This document shows positions 1 to 13,149 of a stretch of 64,000 nt of DNA, piece by piece. The stretch comes from Octopus vulgaris. Its lineage: Eukaryota. The notes beneath the pieces are model-generated. The model ran no database searches. It was given only the letters and a program-made list of their open reading frames with translations, and was not told the origin of the DNA. How positions within the stretch are numbered: position 1 is the stretch's first letter; every line of letters starts with the position of its first letter. The stretch lies in NCBI GenBank assembly GCA_951406725.2, contig OX597816.1, forward strand, positions 69,006,001 through 69,070,000. Direction: 5' to 3'. The translations under genes and the position numbers were made by a program.

Positions 1-129
1 AATAATTCGGAAGTCTCTGTAAAATTTCCGGTCAAATGAACCCAGGGCAAAATGACCGACTTGCCTACTTTTGTTTTAGTTTTACTCATTTAAATGGCTT
101 TACTGGCAATAAAGTCATAAATATACGGT

Positions 130-1430
130 CGGCATGGATGCAGTAACACATGCTCAACGACACTATTTCAAGATGTTTGAATTGCATAGCAATTAACGGG
201 AATATGATGTGGTAGAAAAATCTTTCAGCCTCATTGTAGAAGTCTATTCCTCCGAGGAATAGACTTCTAGATTGGACAAATCAGGATAAATCTTGCGATC
301 GACGATGTCTATAACAAAACCCATCGCGCTACATTGCTTTCGCAAAGGAGTGTAATTTCTCCGCCCATTGGCTAAGGCAATGGAATATCTATAAAGCTGG
401 ATGTATATTTAGATGGAGTCTATGTCTATAGTAGAGCATGTCCACTGAAACTGGAAGAGCATGTCCACTGAAACATCAAAGAATGTATTTGATGGGCCTG
501 GCTGCCAATGAAGCTATCGGTCTGTCTAAGATTGATTGCAACAGGCATGTTGTATATCATTACATTTGTGTTCTGTTTTCCAGTCGCACTTGAGGAGTCT
601 CTCGGGAAAGAGTTAGGGCACTGTGAAAATTCGATTGCAGTTGACGAAGTGACAGATAAGCTGAGTTTCTATAGGGAAAGCCAAATGCCGAATGCTAGAT
701 GCATCGTACGTCGAGACTACTCCCAGGCATGCAGGACTCTACTTCTTAGCCAATACCGTTTCCGAGAAAACAGCATTCTTTTGCGTATTAATACAAGTAT
801 GAACGATGATGTTCCCTGAAACTCACACTGTTCTCTTATGACAAGAACAGTATGAGAAGCTTCATCTAAAGGACATTGCAATTAGGGCCTGTGAAGGACT
901 TCTAAAGGAAATTGGGAATATAGAAATACACGTCGGGAATATTATATTCTCAGGACAGGTTACAAGGAGTTATGCATTTAGTGACGAAACACGCTACCGT
1001 TCACTGCCTGTGCATTATCTATTTGTGTGCGCTTGTGTTAAACAGCTGCTAATGCGTTCTGGACAAATCTTGCGATCGACGAAGTCTATAACAAAACTCA
1101 TTGCGCCACATTGCTTTCGCAACGGAGTGTAGTTTCTCCGCCCATTTGCTAAGGCAAATCTATTCATTTGATGGACTTATCTATAAAGCTGGATGTATAT
1201 TTAGATGAAGACTGTTACAGGACAAGCCGTCTTTCATTTGAATTTCAAAATCCGAGTGCAACTGAAGCAATTAAATGCAAGGCTTATTCGTGCGTAAAGC
1301 TTGATCGAGGTTTGTGTATAGATAACAATAGACCTTTTGATGCTGGTCAATGTAATAGATAATGTATAGATTGTGAAGTAATTGGATATGGCAGTGTTAA
1401 AGAAAAGCACAATGGATGATTCTAGAATAG
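130..1430 (+). pseudogene. Decayed coding-like segment, possibly MATH/TRAF-domain-like
   Basis: Frame from 1057 reads FWTNLAIDEVYNKTHCATLLSQRSVVSPPIC*GKSIHLMDLSIKLDVYLDEDCYRTSRLSFEF. This loosely recalls the TRAF MATH pattern W.I.....SPPF...K..VYL.G...LS.F. In-frame stops; similarity judged by eye only. Confidence 0.25.
273..1207 (+). repeat. Diverged ~140-bp direct repeat (273-415 and 1060-1207)
   Basis: Both copies share aaatcttgcgatcgacga.gtctataacaaaac...atctataaagctggatgtatatttagatg. There is also a local ~19-bp tandem duplication agagcatgtccactgaaac at ~433-475. Confidence 0.85.
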
Positions 1431-3254
1431 ACACTTTCAAGACAGTGAGGAAGGCGAAGAGAAGTAAAAGAAAAAGAAAAGCACTTCATATAATACAGGT
1501 TTTTAAATCCGGGAAATTCAGAGTCGAGAGAGGAGTCCCGTCTTCCGATGCAGTCCTTCTTCACACGTAAGCGCATTCACCACGAATAAGGATTCAAACC
1601 TTTTCAAACTACAAGTAGGTCAGTTGGTCGCGGTGTCCGGCGTGTATCATATATATGAGCCAAATGAAATATTGTCGCTTCCAAAGCTGCATTGCAAGGA
1701 AGGCGAAATACAAGAGGTGGAACTCACGAATTACCACTCATCTGCGATGCAGCATCCTCCGCAATGCGGCTTATAGGTTATAAATGTTCATTTACGTAAA
1801 CAGACAAACATATAACGAATGGAAACGATTCAACACATTTTCTATAGTTATTTATTAGATCGAATATGTGTTAATATTGAAATTACATTTGTTCTACTAA
1901 CTTTATATGTCTACGTACATGGTTAGAATATCGATATGCATTTTTTCGACTAACCATTATAACTGCACGCACGACAAGTATTACAATATTTCTTTTATTT
2001 TACTAATAACTATTAATTCCATAACGTGTAATGTAAATATCTGTTTTACTACTGTCTGTCGCATACTTCAAAGGATAAAACAAATCAGGATAATATTATG
2101 TTTCGTCGTATATATTTTCCACTTCAATTTTCCGCAGAAATAAACACGTTTCTCTAATAATACGTTGTTAAGCCATAGTATACGCAAATAACTTGTTGCA
2201 AATCTTAAAATGCGAAAAATAATAAAATTGTTTTGTGAGCCTGACATCAATGTAGTCATTAAAATAAATGTTAACATAGACACTTATATCAGAGATGATT
2301 ACTCTGCGATGATGCAATTTACTTAGTCTCAACCTATGATCTAAGATCAGATCACTTAGCAAAGATTGCTAATCGAAATTACTATTTTTATACGCTATTT
2401 TATTTAGTGCTAATGGAAACACTATTTCAAATATTGTAATTCCTAAAGTTTCCAACAGACCAAAACGGACAATTAAGCAAGTAAATATACGAGATAAAAA
2501 AAATAATAATACGAGACATCGTAATTTTGTGACTAGATACATTTTATATGGGAAACTGTTGCAGCAATGAACAACTGGTACATTGAATAGCACAAATTGT
2601 TATTCATATAAATGCAGATAAGAATTGGTCTGTTTCATTTCTTAAGCAGACAACCGAAGCACAGAGAAAAAGTGAGAGAGAAAGAAGAAAGAGAGAGAAA
2701 AAAAGAGATAGAGAGAGGGGGAGAATAAAATGAGAAAGCGATAAAGTGGTAAATGAGCTACCAGATACATTTTAGTGGTAAATAACCAGATTCTGTTGAG
2801 CGCGAATTAAAGAGAGTGGATTGCTTAAATCCTATGCTATTTCATTTGTCAACAAATTAGCTGCTTATAACACATTTTTTAAACCGAATAAATTTTTTAT
2901 GTGTGTAGAGGAAAGCAATCCTTTTATTCTTTTCTTGCATATATTTCCTTACAGGATTACGCTTGTGTACAATTTTGATATTTAGACACACACACACACG
3001 CATATATATATATATGTATATACATACAAACAAACATATATATACGTGTGTGTATATATATATATAAAGAGTTCAAAGCCCCATGAAAATGCATAATCCT
3101 TTTCACCTCTATACTCAAGTCCCATATTCTGTGTAATTCCATGTTTCGCATGAACAAACATCACGTTTTTGGGCAATATTCATAAATTAGAAAAATAAAG
3201 TCAGAATATAAAAAATAATTTGGTACTGTTTATAATTCGATTTATTCTCTATGT

Positions 3255-3532
<278 letters not shown>

Positions 3533-3919
3533 CTGGGAACCACAGTGTAATGGTTGGGGACCTCCGTTCTGCGTTCGTTTACTCAAACATCATATGAGGT
3601 TCGTATGTATATTGTGTATTTTGCTGGAAGCCTCTCTGTAGGATATAAATTATATAATAAAGCACGGCCTACTTAAGGACATATTTTAAAGTATCTTCAT
3701 GCTTTTGTAGGTTTTATTTTTATTTTTCTTCCTTGGATACGATAATTCAATAGTGATTTTCTTCACGAATTACTTTGACAAGTAGCATCATTAGATATCT
3801 TTCCAAATCAGTGATAAAATATTTCTAGTATTCTTTCTCGGGTATACATCTAAGTTTTATAAGAAAAACCATTGTCAAAATCCCAATGTTATATATATAT
3901 ATATATAAATATATATATA

Positions 3920-4339
3920 TATAATCAAAGTAAGCAGCAAGAATATCTTCGGTAATTTGGTACGATCGTTTCATGCTACATCATTATATTAAACATTGTA
4001 AGTATTACATCAGTTTTGAAATGTTGAACAATCTTCAGCCATTCATAGAGGTTTTCCATTAATACATATACTTATTTCCATGTCAATTGCTAACATTATA
4101 AAGAGTGTAGATAAACAGACAATCAAATCAACCTCTCTGTCTGTTTATCTACCCTCTTTATAATGTTAGCAATTGACATGGAAATAAGTATATGTATTAA
4201 TGGAAAACCTCTATGAATGGCTGAAGATTCCTCAACATTTCAAAACTGATGTAATACTTACAATGTTTCATAAAATGATGTAGCATGAAACGATCGTACC
4301 AAATTACCGAAGATATTCTTGTTGCTTACTTTGATTATA
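3920..4339. repeat. Fold-back inverted repeat, ~202-bp arms, 16-nt spacer (PLE pLTR-like)
   Basis: 3920-4121 is the reverse complement of 4138-4339 with about 6 mismatches. It abuts (TA)n on the left and PLE coding remnants on the right. Confidence 0.95.
4216..4301 (+). ncRNA. Hammerhead-like motif, long stem II (mirror copy on - strand ~3958-4043)
   Basis: tgg CTGAAGA ...long insert... GAAA CGATCG TA cca. Stem III is the palindrome ACGATCGT; stem I is only ~3 bp. Confidence 0.5.
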
Positions 4340-4546
4340 ATCACTCCATGGATTTATATGGGTAATACCGTACAAAATTCTGGTGCATCTGACTTAAGTA
4401 CCATATTCATTTGAATCTAAATTTTGCTGAACTTATATATTTACCTGATCATTTATAGAGAAGATTGTCACGTTATTAACATTGGAGCCACATTCAGAAA
4501 CAACAGTAATAGTGCAATATAAATGTTTTCCATCCATCCATCATTA

Positions 4547-4930
4547 TTACTTTTAAAACAATAATAATTATGTAGTTCCTTTGCTTCCCTTTCAAACACT
4601 TTAATTAGGTTAAGTTTTGGAAAGAATTTTTTCATGAAGTGTAGCTTCATTGCTTTTCGGAATTTTGGGTCATCTCTTGAACGTTTGTAAAAGGGAAAGA
4701 TTTTGAACCTTTCTTCACCGCATATTTCTAGATGGTTGCACAGTGGAAACTTGCGCAATTCCTATTGTTGGGTGTGTTGCCTGGATTTTTGCACGTTGGC
4801 AGAAGGAATGGTTTGTTTCGCCAATATAACTTTCCAATCGGTTGGGGCAATATATTCAGTAAATGAGATTCTGAGTCTCGCTTTAAAAATGAACGCTTCA
4901 AAACTGACTGTATCATCAAGGTCACGCGCC
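4547..4930 (-). mobile_element. Penelope-like element GIY-YIG endonuclease remnant and 3' end
   Basis: Minus strand reads SETQNLIY*IYCPNRLESYIGETN and, after a frameshift, RKFPLCNHLEICGEERFKIFPFYK...KKFFPKLN, typical of PLE GIY-YIG domains. Confidence 0.85.
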
Positions 4931-4949
4931 TGATCCTGGAAGAAAACAC

Positions 4950-5333
4950 CTTTAGATTCGATAATAAAATATCGACAAATAAATTTCACGGCTATGGGGA
5001 CGCGGTTAGCACATTCATATGCTAATCTAGTCATAGAATACTTGGAAGAAAAGCTTTATGAGGAGGTAAAGAAGGCGGTTTTTAGTCAAGATTTGAAGAA
5101 ATATGTCATTAAAACGTGGAAACGCTTTCTCGGTGACTGCCTCATCCTTTGTGACAAATCAAATGACAACCTGCAAATACTTAACAATATACTCAAAGCA
5201 CTTCACCCATCCATGAAATTCACGACATAATCCAGTTGCAGTGAATTGTCATTCATAGATATTCACTTAAAAATACACACCAATTGTTTGATAGAGAAGC
5301 AGAGGAACTACGTTATTATTGTTTTAAAAGTAA
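4950..5333 (+). mobile_element. Penelope-like element reverse transcriptase remnant
   Basis: YRQINFTAMGTRLAHSYANL...WKRFLGDC...LHPSMKFT*...LSFIDI matches PLE RT motifs (AMG..APSYANL, R[YF]xDD, HPSIKFT, LPFLD). Confidence 0.9.
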
Positions 5334-5670
5334 CTAGCAGTATCGCCCGGCGTTGCTCGGGTTTGTAAGGGAAATAACTATATAAGCATTTTTAGAGAGT
5401 TATAGCCAAAAAATAGCAAAAAAAAAATGCATTAAAAATGGAAAAAAAATTATGGTAATTTTTTTTTAAATCGTTGACTCATCGTAGACATTTTTAGAGA
5501 GTTACTTCCCTTATATAATAGCGAAAAAATGCATTAAAATAGAAAAACAAATTATGGTAAATTATTTTAAAAATCGTAGACTCATCGTAGACGCGCGCTA
5601 ATACCCAGAAGGGTTCGATATGAATCACGACTATAAGAAACCCGCTTTTGGTTACACTGCACCGCAACAT
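5334..5670 (-). mobile_element. Non-autonomous Helitron, 3' portion
   Basis: Minus strand ends in hairpin cccgagc-aac-gccggg followed ~10 nt later by CTAG|T, the canonical Helitron 3' end. Internal ~100-bp tandem duplication at 5386-5592. Confidence 0.75.
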
Positions 5671-5959
5671 TTTTTTTAGTGTTAACAGGAGCCACTGTTC
5701 TTCTTATTTTTTCCACCCTACTTCCTATCATTGATACCTTTGATAGGTCATCAGGGCCTGTGAGAAAATGTGCTTATGTACAAATATAGAAAAAAGAAGA
5801 TTGCTTTGTAAGGAAATTTCAATGAATTGAACATATCAAATTGGATAGAAAGAGACCTCTCTGTCTGTATGACTACCTGTCTCTCTATCTACCTATCTAC
5901 CCTTTCCCCATCCTTTACTATTTTCCCTACTGGATCCTATACAGCTTGGCAACAAAGAC

Positions 5960-6092
5960 GTCGCAGCTCATTTTTACAGCTCAGAGAACTGGAGCAACGT
6001 GAAATAAAGTGTCTTGCTCAAAACACTTTCTATAACACATAGCTCGGTCAGAGAATCGAACTTACTACATCAAGATTATCAGCCCGTCGCAC
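5960..6092 (-). mobile_element. tRNA-derived SINE fragment (family C)
   Basis: ctggagcaacgtgaaataaagtgtcttgctcaa...gaatcgaac (B-box on - strand). Related to the copy at ~38100-38250. Confidence 0.55.
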
Positions 6093-6642
6093 ATTTTTTG
6101 TATTTTATTTGCAATGTTCCCGTTGTGAACTAGTGTGTTCAAACAATAATCACAAAAACTGGTCCAGTTTTACTCCTTATTGTTAGTAATTTGGTGAAAT
6201 AACTAACCAAAAATCACTAGTTGATCGTTTGTTTAATTTGCTGGTTAAAAAAATCAATCAGCTGTTTGTCAAATTTTTCTCATTGCTATTCGTTACTCAT
6301 CAGTGAAATACTCTCACTCCCCAGGTATGACTCTACATAGAACAATACGTACATACATATATATGCACAGTGAAACATTAATATAAATGGCGGGATGGGG
6401 GCATTTAACACAAATCGAGTGGTGCAACGCGTGAGCATATCTTCAATATTTTCTCCCGGGCTTAGCTCCTCGCTACACACACGCACCGTACGCAGACACA
6501 CACACACATACCTGAAGGAGTACTAAATAGAAATGTAGTGTACAATAATTTATTTAAACCAATCCAGAGGATCTTTATTGTGTACAGGCCTATATAAAAT
6601 AGATATATATTAGCAGCCATATAATATAAACATATTTATATA

Positions 6643-6645
<3 letters not shown>

Positions 6646-6726
<81 letters not shown>

Positions 6727-6806
6727 GTATGTATGTATCTATCTGTCTGTCTGTCTATCTATCTATCTATTTATCTATCTATCCCTATCTATCTATCTAT
6801 TTATCT
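6646..6806. repeat. (ATCT)n/(GTCT)n compound microsatellite
   Basis: Direct inspection; one of dozens of microsatellites in the window. Confidence 0.95.
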
Positions 6807-8544
6807 AAAAAGAGAAGGAATGGGGAGAGAAGGGAAAATTGGGAGAGTGAAAGAATAAAAGAAAACTCTACCTAGAAAGGATAAGTACGAAACGTGTTAA
6901 CAACCATTACAGAATGCTAAACATGGTCTCAAATCTATATTTGCCAATAGAATTCCACTTTAACTTAGATTAAAACTTTATGAAATATGCACTCAGATTT
7001 TCAATTAATTACTCTTGTGAACCCCTTGAAAAACGTTAGTAATAACGGAAACTATATACCGTAGTACAAAGCTTTACTAATCCCTTTTTTCTGAAAGCAG
7101 ATCCCAGTTATATCTTTCTACCGTTGAGTTTCGAGGTAATCACATTTCATTCTAATATCTCGTATTTCTTTTCTGCTGTTTTTGTTACCCGCTTATAGCG
7201 TGCATAGGCAGCACGTTTTTTAGAGAACATATATCTATTGCTAAATATTAACTGTGTACGTTCGGTACACATTGTTCGTTTTATAAACGAATATGTATTT
7301 GGATATGTTGCCAAATATTGTAAATAAACTTCATCGCAGTGCAAATACTGTTTGATGTTGTTCTTATCACTTTGTTGTCCTGTTTTATGGAACGATAGTC
7401 AACAAATAACTCTAGTGGAAAGGAAAAAAAATTACGGCGTAATTTGTTATGTGCTAAATATTCAAGATTCACTGGAGGGCAAATATAGAATCATTTGTGT
7501 TTGTATAAGGATTTTGTCTTCATATATGCATAATTCGGCGTATATTTCATTATATATCTTAGAATATTTAAATATTTGCTTTTAGTATTGTGATAACAGT
7601 GTATTTTAGTCGACGGTTGAAAAACGAATATAATATTAAAAAATAAGATTGTAGAAGTCCTTGAAATATAGATTAGGTCTTTATATCATTCTGTTGAAGT
7701 GTGTCTGTAAACTAAGGATTTTTAAAGAACTAGTCTTCAAGCATTAATTGTGTCACTAACATAAGTATTCCTCAGTCGTTAAATCAAAAATTTAAATTTT
7801 TCAGTTAATTTCTTGGGCAAAATCTTTGAAACCCCGATTGGAAAGTTAGACTATTCTATCGACAACCTAAATATATTCCAGTTATCTCTTCTTAATCGTT
7901 ATATAAATTAAAGTCTTCGATTTATTTCATTCTTGATAAAACAGGGATTGGAATAATTGCTATGTTGTTCAGAACAACTATGTTGTTCGGTGCTCCGTAC
8001 TACTGCGAATATATCATCAAATCTGTTAGAGCTTATTTTCATGAAATTTAGTTTACAAAGGCTGTGTGCAGTCTGTCGAAATAACTATTCCAGTTCTTGC
8101 ATGAATAGCAGAATGAATCTATACACAGTATGATACACACTGCCTTCTTTTGTAAGTCTTTAGTGGTGTCCACTCTTTAACCATTGGAATTAATGTTTGC
8201 ACAGTGGACTGATAATATACTTTCCTGAAAAAGTCAGAAATTCGGTGATGTGTTGTAAGCTCAGCTGCTTTTTAGGTTAAGGAATGAAGATGACTTACAT
8301 GGATGAGCCGAAAATAGAAGGTAAATGTTAATGGAAAACGTTATATAACAGCATTTATATAATTTCGATACAATAAATACTTCCAAATTTGTTGATTTTG
8401 ATAACGAGAATAGAAAAGCAGAAGACTGGCTCACCTCCTTAACTGCTAATATGTGTCATGGTGTAAATGACAGCTATTCCGTTGTGTTTCAACCCGAAGG
8501 TTGTGGCCATGCTGGGGCATCGCCCATGTAGTTACCTTTCAATT

Positions 8545-8885
8545 GGCTAATTCAATGTGATTGGCATTTGGTAAAGGTGGGAGTTCGACACTTCTTCCCA
8601 CTTTTGAGTTTTCTGCCTTGATATTGGTTCATCTGGGATTTTGGACAGTAAGCGGTCAAGCTGTTTCTTGAAAACATCTAGCCCCACTCCATGCAGATCC
8701 CTCAGATGTTTTGGTAATAACTGTGAGTCCTTGAGTCCCAAGCTATTGCAGCACATGGTCCTGACCTTAAACGGGACAGCTGAGACATTTGGAACAATGC
8801 AGTGACGTCTAATTTGAGGACTGGTGTAACAGTCAATTCCAAAGTTTGGTGCCAGCTCCTCCAGTATCTTCCGCACATATATCGG
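8545..8885 (-). mobile_element. CR1-group LINE ORF2 3' fragment
   Basis: RKILEELAPNFGI...LPKHLRDLHGVGLDVFKKQLDRLLSKIPDEP resembles the C-terminus of invertebrate CR1-like ORF2. Confidence 0.7.
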
Positions 8886-10139
8886 TAAAATTACTTGCAG
8901 TCTAATAGGTGATAGTCTCTTTTAAAAGACAAGGATATCTTATTCAATAGTAAAACGATGCATTTTTCAGTGATATTCTCTATCGGCTAATTAGCAGAGC
9001 CATCTTTCACAGAGATGAATACACAAAGATATTATTTCAGAACACCTACAGGGATTTATGTGTTAAAACTGGACATAATTAAATTTTAATTACCACTGGT
9101 TCATTGAAAAGTATTAATGCACTGTAAGGAGGTTTTAGAAGGAAGCGTGAAATTTGTATAGATTCTCTCCTATTTCATTTCTGTCACATACTTGTGCTGC
9201 AGCTGTCGTACGCGTACAAATGTCAACGATTTATCCTATTTTAATAACTGAAATACTTGTAAAATGCAGGGTTACATGCCATATTCTCAATAACATGTAA
9301 TTCATATATATTTGATTTTTAATGAGATTTTTCCACGTGTTTATCGAAGTGAATTCTCTATTTCCAAACTACCCCACTAGACTTTCAAACAACGCAACGG
9401 ACTTGCTTTCATCTCTCGTTTCTCATTTAGTCACATATAATCGTAAGATAAAGAGGGGAGGGGGGTAAAGACAAAAAGATAAAGAAGAGAGAGTGAGAGA
9501 GAGTGGGGACAACTAGAAACTCAAGGTAGTCATATTGTCATACACTAAATGCCAGTTTTTTAAACGTTTTCTGTATGCAAAGTACTAACGAGAATTAATT
9601 AAAATGTTAATTAAAAATAAGCCGTGATGTTATCCGGAATCACTCTCAGCTAAAGAGAACCAGAGAAAAAAAAGCAAACAAACAAATTAATTGCTTTTGA
9701 TAAGCTATTAAAAGTTTAACATTTATAATGTTTGTTTTCAAATTTATACTTTGACGTCATTTACAAGATATTGAGTCTGATGTACGTTTTCAAAATTTAA
9801 TACACTTAACTCTGTTGCTCATATAAAGAAAGGGTATACGGAATATTGAGTAATTAACTTTCCTACATTGGAAAACAGAATTATTGGCTCTGCTGAAAGC
9901 GTTAATTTTTTTTCTTGGAAATACCACCAGCGATAGCAGAAATATCACCGCATGATAGAGGATGATAATTATGTGTAAAGATGAAGGTAAATGCATATAA
10001 GTACTGGCATATCTACCTGAATAAGCAGATCAATTCGCAGTCAAATGGAATCTCATTCATCTGGACTGTAGTTACTACCTCACATGTAGAATTCGATAGA
10101 ATAACATAAATTCAAATCCTTCGATATAGTATGCATATA

Positions 10140-10316
10140 TATTCCTCCTTCTTCCCTTCTCTGGATCTTTCCTTTACCTATATTTCTGACGAAGAGCTCC
10201 GCTCGAAACATAAAACCCTCCTTCTTCCCTTTCTTTCTGAGCGTTCGATAATACTATATTTGTTCCACGTCCTCGCGTTGTTGTGTTTTCTCTTTGTGTT
10301 TTCATGTTTGATTAAC

Positions 10317-10318
<2 letters not shown>
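10140..10318 (+). mobile_element. Short HHR-bearing non-autonomous element (family H1), (TA)n tail
   Basis: ttt CTGACGA A GAGC tcc GCTC GAAA cata aaa at 10183-10215. Same family as 48935-49148 (-). Confidence 0.75.
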
Positions 10319-10374
<56 letters not shown>

Positions 10375-10526
10375 TGTGTGTGTGTGTGTATGAAATATAA
10401 AATGGAGCAAGGACGGAAACAAAGGACAATGCCTCACTAATACAATAAAAATAATATCAGGACATAACAACAGGTGTCTTTCGAGTAAGTACGAATTAAA
10501 TTAAGCTGGCATGTGTGGAAATAAAG

Positions 10527-10588
<62 letters not shown>

Positions 10589-11429
10589 GTATATATACAC
10601 ACATACATATATATGTATGTGTGTGTGTGCGTGCATTTATGTATAAATATCACGTAATGGTTTTACATGTTATCATTTACGAGCAATGGCGGCGTTAAAT
10701 AGGAGTGACACCGAACCAATCGTAACTAATGTTCAAGATGTACAAATTCACTCCTCGTCTTCTTGTATACATACATGTGTGTGTGTGCGTGTGTGTGTGT
10801 GCGTGTGTGTGTGTGCGTGTGTGTGTGTGCGAGTGCATATAAGTGTGTATAACCATAGGTAATTTTACACTAGGAGGAAAATCGTTAAATGTTTTTTTTT
10901 GCCTGCGGAAAGAAGATGTCAGATCTTCAAATTAGTAAAAATACCACCTCATACATAGCGCGTTGGATGTAAGCGGGCAAGACAATTTGAAAAAAAATAA
11001 AAAAACACCAGTTACTTCTATACTTCGAAGTTCTACCATTCATAATTAAACAATCTTCACTAGCAACAATAGGAGATGTATAATTATAGAACTTAAATAC
11101 ATACCGTATCCCAAAGAACATGCATTCATATCGAATTCTATCATTACACACCATGAATTTAATTCATATGTCTTCAAACAACGCACCTAGCCTGAATAAA
11201 TCAGCAGTGAATTATGTAACTCAAGAACTAAGATGTTTAAATATAAATATATTAAGGGTAATACTTATTAAAAAATATTAATGTCCAGCGTGCGCAAAAG
11301 TGTCCGTAGACTGTAAGTTATTTTTATGCATATAAGTGTATATAACAGTAAGTAAAGTGAAATATTCTCAAGTGTTAGGGATTCTCCAAGATCGACATGT
11401 AATTAAAGAAAAGAGCAGGCTTTATTATT

Positions 11430-11850
11430 TACAGTCGGGAGCATAAGTTTATGGATTACTGGCCTTCATCAACACGGACACCTAAGTATCATCAGGTCTG
11501 ACATACATTTGATATCTTGCCAGTCTTGTTGGTGAGTGCTTCACCATATTGTCTATATGACATCTATGTTGGACAAGAGCAATAGCGTTCATATGGAGAC
11601 ACGGAAAGTTGACGAGAATCAATTGGGTGATCTGTTCCAGAAAAATGTCGGTGCCTAGCCAAAGGATATGTTCAATAATCTCCACAATAATGCGATACCA
11701 TAGGCCGAATCTGCACGAGATGTGGGCTAAGTGATGAAGCCGTCCTGTAGTTACTCGTACATTGTTGGAGCATTACTGATTTTTCCCCTGCTTGCTGGTT
11801 ACAATTAAAAATGCTCGGTGGACAATATTGAAAGGACTAAAGACACGCAC
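11430..11850 (-). mobile_element. Possible Tc1/mariner transposase remnant
   Basis: Minus strand gives QDG... and WNRSPN(fs)ILVNF, resembling QDGAPxH...WPxRSPDLxPxDF. Heavily decayed. Confidence 0.35.
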
Positions 11851-12286
11851 ATTTATCTTCAGTAAAATCTTCGTCAACTTATAAACTTTCACTTCAAAAT
11901 TACCCTGGGGTTTGCAAGGGATGTACGTCCTCACTCACGTGGGATATTTATAGAAAAGTAGGCAAATGTGGTCATCATGGCCCCAGTGAGTAAGCCTATT
12001 CTAAGATTTTGTCCATCCTGTAATATGGACAAATCGGACGGGAGACAGGCATCTGCCGATGCTCCCGCTGGCGATGGAAGTAATGCTGGAAGTGAATGGT
12101 TCCACTTAGTAGTCCCTCCTGTTGGGGAATTTTATTATAATTTTCGCCTAAATTGATTTATTGATTTTATTGTTTATATGTGTTTAAGTAAAATCGTCTC
12201 TGTATTATTTTGTCTTCCTATAATCCATAATACAGAAATGTTTTGATCAATACAGAAATCATTAACCGTCGTCGTCCTCCTCCTCG

Positions 12287-12358
<72 letters not shown>

Positions 12359-12380
12359 TTACAACTGCTACTACTATTTC

Positions 12381-12425
<45 letters not shown>

Positions 12426-12716
12426 TAGCAGTTATAATAGTAGTAGTAGTAGTAGTAGTGGTAGTAGTAGTAGTAGAAGTAGTAGTAGTAGCAGTAGTAG
12501 TAGTATTATATTCATCATCAACCCTGACTCATTTGCACAAATATTCCGCTCAGTTACTACGTATGTCTAGATGTACACCTGTACTATACTCTGAAGAAAC
12601 CAGTTATAATAACTTTTAAGAAGATAGGAAATACCATACATACATACATACATACACACATACATACATACACACACACATACATACATACATACATACA
12701 TACATACATACATACA

Positions 12717-12747
<31 letters not shown>

Positions 12748-13149
12748 CATACATGCACGCATGCATAAATGCATACAACCATACATAGCTAATTAATGCA
12801 GAAGTTACAGCTCTTGTACTCTGACTATGAAGTAGGTCCAACAAGTTATATACCAACAAATTTGAACAAAATTTCAAGGAGAATGAGCAAACGAAAGTGA
12901 TGCGGAATCTCCAAATTCAATCTATAAGTGGCACAGGGAGGAGTTGTAAGATACCCCAATACTCTCCATCTAAGATTCTTACGTGAATAGATGCACTCAC
13001 TTGGGTGTATGAATCGACAGTTCAACCAGCACCCCAACTCAACCACATATTTAGAAATACTAGGGACTTTCTTAACTAAAAGTGTCTTGTCGCTTTGTTA
13101 GAAACCGGCTGGAACTGTCTCACGAAATTAAATAAAACTCAAACAAAAA

